Made by a program: the position numbers and the translations under genes
From: Candidatus Bathyarchaeota archaeon
Lineage (GTDB): Archaea > Thermoproteota > Bathyarchaeia > Bathyarchaeales > Bathycorpusculaceae
DNA length: 47,162 nucleotides
Direction of reading: 5' to 3'
Assembly: GCA_963775465.1 (NCBI GenBank)
Contig: CAVZIW010000005.1
Location: forward strand, 1 to 47,162
Shown here: one piece after another, positions 39,826 to 47,162 of the stretch
Position numbering within the stretch: position 1 is the first letter of the stretch
Layout: the number at the start of each line of letters is the position of its first letter
The notes under the pieces: generated by a model
Databases searched by the model: none
The model's input: the letters and a program-made list of their open reading frames with translations, nothing else
What the model was told of the DNA's origin: nothing

Positions 39826-40098
39826 ATGGAACTCTTAGATGTACTATTAAGAATAGCACTGATAGCTGCAACAGGATTCCTCTTCACAATTGTATTATTA
39901 TCATACATAAGAGTCAGGAGCAAAAGACTCCTATTCATTGCATCAGGATTCGCTGTATTTCTCTTCCACTCTATTCTGTATATGCCTGAACTCTTGTTTC
40001 AGTCTATAACGTTGGAATTCTCAGATACTGTACACATTTTTCTCAACCTATTAGCCCTGCTTCTAATAGCCATAGGAATAATCCGTGAAGAAAAATGA
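39826..40098 (+). CDS. Small three-TM membrane protein coupled to a wHTH regulator
   Basis: Three hydrophobic helices; ATGA overlap with the next gene. Confidence 0.75.
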   Translation: MELLDVLLRIALIAATGFLFTIVLLSYIRVRSKRLLFIASGFAVFLFHSILYMPELLFQSITLEFSDTVHIFLNLLALLLIAIGIIREEK

Positions 40099-40640
40099 AC
40101 ACCGTGGAAAAGGTTCTCGAGAACGAACACCGAAGAGCAATTTACAACTTCGTGAAGGAAAACCCTGGTTTACATATGCGAGAGCTTCAACGAAGACTCA
40201 AAATACCTCTCAGCACTTTAGAATACCATTTGGATTATCTCGAAAAGAAAGAAATACTGTCTCTTGAAGATGATCGGAGATATTGCCGATATTTCGCCGA
40301 GAACCATTCACGTGAGGAAAAAAATCTTTTATCAGCCCTCCGCCAAAAAAGACTCCGGGAAATAATATTACTTGTGCTTAGTGAAGACCTAGTTTGCTTT
40401 AAGGAATTATCCCGTGAATTAATGATCTCTGATTCTACTTTGTCCCACTATCTATGTTTTCTGGTTGAGAAAGATATCTTGGCTAAGGAAAGAATTGCTG
40501 CAGAGACTTGCTATAGGGTAAAATCTGAGAAAACTGTTGTGAGGTCCTTGCTTTGTTACAAGTCAAGTTTTGTTGATAAAATGGTAGACAATGTTCTAGC
40601 AGTGTTCCTCGATTTTAATTATAAGAAGAAGCTTCGATGA
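40095..40640 (+). CDS. Double winged-helix (ArsR-like) transcriptional regulator
   Basis: RRAIYNFVKENPGLHMREL...STLEYHL..LEK plus a second HTH (STLSHYL). Confidence 0.88.
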   Translation: MNTVEKVLENEHRRAIYNFVKENPGLHMRELQRRLKIPLSTLEYHLDYLEKKEILSLEDDRRYCRYFAENHSREEKNLLSALRQKRLREIILLVLSEDLVCFKELSRELMISDSTLSHYLCFLVEKDILAKERIAAETCYRVKSEKTVVRSLLCYKSSFVDKMVDNVLAVFLDFNYKKKLR

Positions 40641-40715
40641 TTGTACTAGATTAGTACTATGTTTGTGTTATGCCCCTTATATGCCTATATTCAAAATATT
40701 ATAGTGGAGAAAAAA

Positions 40716-41348
40716 ATGAAGAGAAATATTTTGCATACCATAATCTTTAGCACAATAGTAGTGGGTCTAATTCTAATAATTACTACCCCCACGATTGCAT
40801 CTGCCCATACTATCTCATATAAGCACCACGAAAAGGTCGCCACAGTCGAACTCCCCCTAGTAACAGCTTGGTATGATGGAAAAATAGGCTATTACATCCA
40901 AACTGAAGCATCAGACCCAGCAGTTGCTATGGACCAAGGTGTGAACTTAGTACCAAAACTCACTGACGCTATTGCTGCAGGAGTCACCGATGATATCTAC
41001 GTCGTCACCAATTATGAACAAGCAAACATAATACCTTCAGCACCAATTCCGACTGGTCCAAACAACGCAGACCCAGAATACACACCACTCTGGCAAGTAG
41101 ATTTAGTAACATGGAACGCTGGAGCAACACCATACACACTACGTTCAGAAGATGATGTTAATGCAGCCGAAGCAGCTGGCGACATAACGATCACACAAAC
41201 AACTATCGTAGTGAACTGCCCAGTAATTTACACTCGACAAGGAGGAACACTCCCAACAGCAGACATAGATATCTCATACTCGATCCACAACTACTTTCAG
41301 CATTACCGATGGCTTCACTGTTCAAGATCGTTCTTCTTGAATCGATAA
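40716..41348 (+). CDS. Secreted protein with YTPLW...VVNCPV motif
   Basis: Signal peptide from ATG 40716 after GGAG; YYIQTEASD, YTPLWQV, VVNCPV. Confidence 0.7.
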   Translation: MKRNILHTIIFSTIVVGLILIITTPTIASAHTISYKHHEKVATVELPLVTAWYDGKIGYYIQTEASDPAVAMDQGVNLVPKLTDAIAAGVTDDIYVVTNYEQANIIPSAPIPTGPNNADPEYTPLWQVDLVTWNAGATPYTLRSEDDVNAAEAAGDITITQTTIVVNCPVIYTRQGGTLPTADIDISYSIHNYFQHYRWLHCSRSFFLNR

Positions 41349-41972
41349 ATAACGTTGATCCAAACAAAGCCATAATTCACTCCTTATTTTTTCTATTTTT
41401 TTGTTTCATGCGTGAATCTTTATTTTGAGAACAGTCTAACTTAGGCATTAAAGGAGGTTTCTTGTGGACTTAGAACATGTTAGGGTAGCTGGAAAATCAG
41501 ATATGTTCCGAATATCTTTTCTATCCTTTATCCTATCCTTATACTATATACTATAGCTTTTAGCTTTGGAAACAATACTCTTGCACTTGCCCCTCTTTGG
41601 GGCACTAATGCTTGATTGTTGGGGGCAAAAACCAAAAACTACCTAATCAAGTACCGTTGCTTAAGCTGCTCTTTGTCCAATTGTGGTGGTAAGATAGAGG
41701 GAAATAATGAAGGATTGGGTCTCCTTTCATTGATCAATTCTTATAGTTCACACCAGTTTCCCCTACTTGAGATATTAAAGCACCTCATAGATATTATTTG
41801 CATAATTTCACAGTATACTAAGATAATGTGAAAAATCGGTTGATGCCTTTTTCTTTTCTAAAATAATTTAAAGTTCTACAATGTCTCCAAAAAGAAAAAA
41901 GGGATATGATGCGGGTGATGTCCCCAATAGCTATTAATCCTTTTGGAAAATACACTCTATAGGAGCTTTTCG

Positions 41973-43052
41973 ATGTCAACAGCATGCAAGCGGGAACTTC
42001 AGGACTTTCTGGAACAGCCAAAGCAAAAGGAATGTCACTTAGTAGTTGCCCCAGATTTCTTCCTCGATCGCATAGTCACTCTACCTTGGCACGCCTCAGA
42101 ATTCTCGGAGTTATTAGCGAGAGTTGCAGCGCGGAAAGGAGGTAGCTTAGATGGTATTTCTCAAAATGACCTACGAGGAGGAAACGCCATAAATGTTGCA
42201 TCAGGCCTCACTAAGCTAGGAGTCACCGTTACGCCAATTGTATGTACCAGCAATTATGGGCTGGAACAAATTAAGTATCATCTAAAGCAATCTGTTGACC
42301 TTTCCCATATCAAAATCCGAAGCAAAGCATCCATCACAACTGCGCTAGAATTAAAAGGGCAACACGGGAAAACCAATGTTATGCTTCGTGACTTGGCTTC
42401 TCTGGCGGATTTTGGTCCAGACGATTTGGAAGAATCTGATTATGAATTACTTGAGCAAGCAGATTATATTTGCCTTTTTAACTGGGCAGGCACTCTGAAT
42501 CATGGAACTGAGTTTGCCCAGATAATTTTCAGTCGCGCCAAGCGAGGAAAAGGTAAAACTTACTATGATACTGCTGATCCAACCCCAAATAAAACGGGCA
42601 TCGCTGATTTAGTAAAGAACGTTCTTAAAACCCAGCAGGTGGATATCTTGAGCTTAAACGAAAACGAAGCCGTCATTTACGCAAGCTTCCTTGACGCGGA
42701 TTTAGCAGCAGCTAAACAAAATAGTTTGGGCGTTTCGGATTTGGCAATGGAGGCCGCAAGGGTTTTGACTAAATATTTCTCCTCGCGAATTGATTTGCAT
42801 ACCACAGATTTTTCAGCCACTCTAAAAGGCACAAATGAAGTAGTAGTTCCCACGTTTAACATTAAGTCGTTGCGAGCAACCGGCGCAGGAGACGCTTGGT
42901 GCGCAGGCAACTTATTCGGCTATCATAACTCTATTAATGAAGAATGCCGTTTAATGCTTGCAAACGCAGTTTCTGCCTGTTACCTTTCGGAAGAAAATGG
43001 GTCGCACCCAACCAAAGCTAAAGTACTTAGCTTTCTCAAAAAGCAAATGTAG
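41973..43052 (+). CDS. PfkB/ribokinase-family carbohydrate kinase
   Basis: GGNAINVA, LNENEA, ATGAGDAW; AGGAG before the ATG. Confidence 0.9.
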   Translation: MSTACKRELQDFLEQPKQKECHLVVAPDFFLDRIVTLPWHASEFSELLARVAARKGGSLDGISQNDLRGGNAINVASGLTKLGVTVTPIVCTSNYGLEQIKYHLKQSVDLSHIKIRSKASITTALELKGQHGKTNVMLRDLASLADFGPDDLEESDYELLEQADYICLFNWAGTLNHGTEFAQIIFSRAKRGKGKTYYDTADPTPNKTGIADLVKNVLKTQQVDILSLNENEAVIYASFLDADLAAAKQNSLGVSDLAMEAARVLTKYFSSRIDLHTTDFSATLKGTNEVVVPTFNIKSLRATGAGDAWCAGNLFGYHNSINEECRLMLANAVSACYLSEENGSHPTKAKVLSFLKKQM

Positions 43053-43113
43053 TGTTAATCCAAATTATTTAAAGCCCTCTATCACCTATGCAACATACAA
43101 CTAGGTGCTCAAT

Positions 43114-44472
43114 ATGGCTAAACTGTTTGGAAGCTCTGGAGTTCGAGGCTTAGCAAACATTGATTTAACGCCACTTCTTGCATGCAAAGTGGCTTCCGCT
43201 GTGGCGACTCATGCGAAGGCTAAAAAAGCCGTTGTAGCTAAAGATACACGCGTTTCAGGCGACATGATTGAGGAAGCGATAGTTTCAGGTTTATTATCCT
43301 GTGGCGTTGCTGTGTCTCTATTAGGGATGGTTCCCACGCCAGTTTGTGCTTATGCTGCTAAAGTACTAAATGCTGACATCGGTTTTATGCTTACGGCTTC
43401 TCATAATCCGCCCCAGTATAACGGAATCAAAGTATTCAATGGTAACAGCCTATCATATACCGACGCTGACCAGAACAAAGTGGAAAATATCGTTGCAGAA
43501 GGACGGTTTGCATTGGCGAATTGGCAGGGGTTAGGAAATACCACAATGGTTGATGCCACTGAAAATTATTTGGATATGGTGAAGAGAAATGTTTCCCTTA
43601 AGAAGCATTGGCGCGTAGTAGTTGACCCTGGATGCGGTGCTGCTTTCAGTGTTGCTCCTAGAATGCTCAAAGCTTTAGGCTGCAACGTCACGGCTCTTAA
43701 CGCTCAGGCCGATGGCTATTTTCCAGCCAGAAAATCCGAGCCTAATGCTGAGTCCCTAAAGGATTTGGCGGGAGCAGTCAAAGCTTTGGAAGCAGATATT
43801 GGTATCGCGTTTGATGGTGACGCAGATAGAGTTGCATTTATTGATGAAAATGGTATTTTTGTTAACTTTGACCGTGCTTTGGCCGCCTATGGGGGATTTG
43901 CCCTTAGATGCAGCGGTGGGGGTGTCATTGTGACTAATGTGGAAGCTTCGATGTGCGTCGAGACGGTGGCGCATAGGTTTGGGGGTAAAGTTGTGCGCAC
44001 TCGTGTCGGTGATATTTACGTTTCTGAAGCAATTGGGAAACACAGTGGCGTGTTTGGAGGGGAACCTTGCGGTGCTTGGGTCCATCCAAGGCAACATCTG
44101 TGTCCTGATGGACCATTATCGGCCGCACTGTTTTTGGCGGCGCTTGAAGAGGCAAACAAAAGCGTTTCTGAGTTTGTTTCTGAGGCCCCCACATATATCA
44201 CTAAACGTGATAACATTCCTTGCCCAAATTCTGTAAAATATAGGATAGTGGAACAGTTAGGTGATGCATTGAAAGTTGCATTCCCCCACTTTTCTGATTT
44301 CTCCATGATAGACGGTGTACGTTTAGCTCTCAAAAACGGGTGGCTTCTTATTCGTGCCTCCGGTACTGAACCTCTTATCCGCTTAACAGTTGAAGGCGAA
44401 TCAGAGGCGGTAACAAAAGATATAACCGCAAAAGCAACAGAATTAATTTGTAAACGAATCGAGGCACCATAG
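43114..44472 (+). CDS. glmM: Phosphoglucosamine mutase / phosphohexomutase
   Basis: LFGSSGVRG, TASHNP, FDGDADR, IRASGTEP. Confidence 0.93.
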   Translation: MAKLFGSSGVRGLANIDLTPLLACKVASAVATHAKAKKAVVAKDTRVSGDMIEEAIVSGLLSCGVAVSLLGMVPTPVCAYAAKVLNADIGFMLTASHNPPQYNGIKVFNGNSLSYTDADQNKVENIVAEGRFALANWQGLGNTTMVDATENYLDMVKRNVSLKKHWRVVVDPGCGAAFSVAPRMLKALGCNVTALNAQADGYFPARKSEPNAESLKDLAGAVKALEADIGIAFDGDADRVAFIDENGIFVNFDRALAAYGGFALRCSGGGVIVTNVEASMCVETVAHRFGGKVVRTRVGDIYVSEAIGKHSGVFGGEPCGAWVHPRQHLCPDGPLSAALFLAALEEANKSVSEFVSEAPTYITKRDNIPCPNSVKYRIVEQLGDALKVAFPHFSDFSMIDGVRLALKNGWLLIRASGTEPLIRLTVEGESEAVTKDITAKATELICKRIEAP

Positions 44473-45756
44473 ATGAAAGCAGTAATATTGGCGGCAGGCG
44501 CAGGCGAAAGACTTCAACCTATCACTGCAACTCGCCCTAAACATCTTATTAAACTCGGCGGGAAACCGATTATGCAGTTCTGCCTGGAAGCGGCGAAACA
44601 CGCGGGCATTGAGGACGTTATAATTGTAACTCATTACATGGGTGAAAAAATTCGTTCCTACTTCGGTGACGGTTCGGCATATGGCTTGAAGCTGGGATAT
44701 GTGGAGCAGCCAAAGATTTTGGGCACAGGCAATGCGGCTGCGAGTGCGGAGCCTTACTTGGATGGCGATTTTGTTTTAATATACGGCGATTTGCTATTTG
44801 GGGAAAATGCCGTTTCAGAAGTCCTTTCAAAGTTCAAAGCTGGCGAAACCGCAGCGGTTATGGCAGTTGTGCCAGTTGACTGTCCTGAAAACTATGGCAT
44901 AATCGAACTATCTGAAGATGGTCATGTTAAAGGAATCATAGAGAAACCATCCGTCGAAAACGCCCCTTCAAACCTTGCCAACGCAGGAATTTATGTTTTC
45001 TCCAAAGAAGTCTTTGACAAAATCAAAAAAACCACAACATCTGTTCGGGGGGAATGTGAACTCACGGATGCTATAACTTTACTTGCTCAAGAAGGTAAAA
45101 CTGTTTTAGCTGCAGAGCTAAGAAAAGACGATTGGTTTGATGTAGGTAGACCTTGGGATTTACTTGATGCTAACGTTTGGGTTCTCAAACGCATGAATCA
45201 CCGTGTTTTGGGCACAGTTGAACAGGGAGCTCATATAATTGGACCTGTTACTGTGGCAAAAACGGCGCGGATACGTTCAGGTGCCTACATTGAAGGGCCT
45301 ACTTTTATTGATGAGGAAGCTGATGTTGGTCCCAATTGCTACATCCGAAGTTGTACCAGTCTGGGCAGAAAAACACGTGTGGGGAATGCGGTAGAAGTCA
45401 AAAATAGCATCATTATGGATGGTACTCATATTGGGCATCTTAGCTATGTTGGTGATAGTGTGTTTGGGGAGAAATGCAATCTCGGCGCAGGCACCATTAT
45501 GGCGAATTTGCGGTTTGATGATAGCAATATCAAAATGGTCATCAAAGACAAGCTCATAGACACTGGTAGACGTAAACTCGGTTCAATTCTTGGCGATAAT
45601 GTGAAGACTGGCATCAAAGCCTCATTTATGCCTGGTGTCAAAGTTGCCGCGAATACATGGGTAGACGCAAATCTAAGTGTGGAACGTGATTTACCAGCTG
45701 GGAGCATTATCTTTGAGCAGAAAAGCAAACATACTGGATCTAAAATAACTTCTTAA
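44473..45756 (+). CDS. glmU: Bifunctional sugar-1-phosphate nucleotidyltransferase/acetyltransferase
   Basis: LAAGAGERL...PK, EKP, hexapeptide repeats, HLSYVGDS. Confidence 0.92.
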   Translation: MKAVILAAGAGERLQPITATRPKHLIKLGGKPIMQFCLEAAKHAGIEDVIIVTHYMGEKIRSYFGDGSAYGLKLGYVEQPKILGTGNAAASAEPYLDGDFVLIYGDLLFGENAVSEVLSKFKAGETAAVMAVVPVDCPENYGIIELSEDGHVKGIIEKPSVENAPSNLANAGIYVFSKEVFDKIKKTTTSVRGECELTDAITLLAQEGKTVLAAELRKDDWFDVGRPWDLLDANVWVLKRMNHRVLGTVEQGAHIIGPVTVAKTARIRSGAYIEGPTFIDEEADVGPNCYIRSCTSLGRKTRVGNAVEVKNSIIMDGTHIGHLSYVGDSVFGEKCNLGAGTIMANLRFDDSNIKMVIKDKLIDTGRRKLGSILGDNVKTGIKASFMPGVKVAANTWVDANLSVERDLPAGSIIFEQKSKHTGSKITS

Positions 45757-45806
45757 TTAGAGAAAAATTCCTTCAGGAACATAAATTAGGAGTAGAAAAG
45801 AGAAAG

Positions 45807-46775
45807 TTAGGGTATTCCAGACTCGCATTTTTGGAGTAATTTTGCCCAGCGTTCATCGGTTCGCTGTTGGATTTCGTTGATGATGTGGCTGTTTTGTGGT
45901 GTGAAGAGGTGCCGGAATCTGCCTTGTCCTTGTAGGTATTCTTTGACGGGTTTTTTCTTTTGCGGTGCAAGAGCAATAATTTTACTGGGGATTGAAAGCT
46001 CTCGTTTGCCGTTGACTGCTTCCCAGATTGGAAACACACAGGATTCAACTCCGAGTTTGGCGTATTCCATTGTTTTGGCGGGATCGCTTCTCCAACCTCG
46101 CGGGCAGGGCGCGAAGACGTGAAGAAATGCGGGTCCTTTGACTTCTAATCCTTTGCGGACTTTAGTAAGCATGTCTTTCCAGTAGTAAGGTGAGGCGGTA
46201 GCGACGTATTCCATTTCATGTGCTAGCATGATTTCGGTTATAGGTTTTTTCTTTTCGAGTTTACCTGGATAACCTTCCCGGCGGGTGTTGTGGTTGTTGC
46301 TGCTCCAGTAGGAGTTCCGCCACTGCGTTGGATGCCTGTATTCATGTAGCCTTCATTATCATAGAGTATAAAGAGAAAATCGTGTCCACGTTCAACTGCG
46401 CCTGATAGTGCCTGCAAGCCGATATCAAATGTACCACCATCGCCTGCAATTGCGATAACGTCAATGTGTTCTTTTAGTTGGCCTTTATTTTCCAAAGCTT
46501 TAAGTGCGGCATCGATTCCTGAAGCGTTTGCTGCGGCATTTTCAAATGCTGTGTGTAGCCAAGGTACAGCCCAAGATGTATATGGGTATATTGAGGAAAC
46601 TACTTCCATGCAACCTGTTGCCTCGGTCACGATTGTTGGTCCGCGGGTAGCTTTCATTATCAAACGTAACACGGATGCCGGACCACAGCCTGCGCATGCA
46701 CGGTGACCTGATTGAAAACATGTAAGGTTTTGCTGCAATTTCCTTTGCGGTGAATTTCCATTCTTCTGTCGTCAT
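45807..46775 (-). CDS. porB: Pyruvate/2-oxoacid:ferredoxin oxidoreductase beta subunit, two probable sequencing indels
   Basis: [17 protein letters not shown]...[15 protein letters not shown] across three ORFs; indels near 46716 and 46267. Confidence 0.92.
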
Positions 46776-46787
46776 TTTGTTTTACTC

Positions 46788-47162
46788 CTACTCCCTTAGC
46801 CCCAAGTAATGCACTTTAATGTTAGCATTACCTGTTTTAACAATTGACATGAGGTACTCGAAGACTTTGCGGAGTTCATGCGGGCTATAATCTCTTCCGC
46901 CTAAACCGTAAATGAAGTTGACTATGAGTGGATTTGGGTGAATGTCATAGAGCGTGTGGCGCACCTCATGGAAAACTGCCCCGCCGAACCCGCCAAAACT
47001 AATGCTCTTGTCCATTACTGCAACTGCCTTGGCATTTTTTAATGCATTCTGTAACTCTTCAACTGGCAGAGGTCTGAAAGTCCTTAATCGCAGTAGTCCA
47101 GCTTTAATGCCTTCACTGCGTAGTTCATCCACTATGACTTTAAGTGTGCCGGAAGTTGAGCC
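46788..47162 (-). CDS. porA: Pyruvate/2-oxoacid:ferredoxin oxidoreductase alpha subunit, C-terminal part (runs off the window)
   Basis: LRTFRP, VAVMDK, YGLGGRD; directly upstream of porB. Confidence 0.9.
   Translation of the reverse strand, partial: GSTSGTLKVIVDELRSEGIKAGLLRLRTFRPLPVEELQNALKNAKAVAVMDKSISFGGFGGAVFHEVRHTLYDIHPNPLIVNFIYGLGGRDYSPHELRKVFEYLMSIVKTGNANIKVHYLGLRE

Larger units (their letters stand above)
17091..41949. mobile_element. Integrative genomic island (about 25 kb) with tyrosine integrase at its left end
   Basis: Integrase, Rep-like gene, several gene remnants and a phage-type module between core gene blocks. CCTTTTGGAAA occurs at both 17091-17101 and 41939-41949. Boundaries are inferred. 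Confidence 0.6.

Noticed and set aside
41520-41560. TATCC/TATAC short repeats
   Set aside because: Short, imperfect and AT-rich; consistent with chance or slippage.
45807-46775. porB split into three genes
   Set aside because: One extra T and one missing C restore a normal PorB.

Overview
Archaeal chromosomal segment. The tandem PQQ-like beta-propeller surface proteins, TrmB regulator, small CxC proteins and frequent TTG/GTG starts point to Bathyarchaeia (inference). There are three blocks. (1) 0-17 kb: class II HMG-CoA reductase, ADP-forming acyl-CoA synthetase beta subunit, an Ig-repeat surface protein, and a complete type IV pilus-like operon (ATPase, TadC-like platform, five pilin-like proteins up to 1158 aa, prepilin peptidase). 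The pilus operon and the Ig-repeat gene share a duplicated promoter. (2) About 17.1-41.9 kb: an accessory island with candidate att repeats at both ends. It carries a Zn-ribbon tyrosine integrase, a candidate Rep, an hsdM remnant, a TcmP-radical SAM fusion, a solo cas1 3' remnant, DsrE/TusA, two beta-propeller proteins with TrmB, an orphan dnaJ and a phage-type ParB-N/ABC-ATPase/GNAT module whose GNAT 3' end occurs three times. (3) 41.9-47 kb: core genes pfkB-like kinase, glmM, glmU, porB, porA. Single-base indels in short homopolymer runs of housekeeping genes (hmgA, porB) suggest sequencing errors, so every frameshift here needs caution. I found no tRNA, rRNA or CRISPR array.
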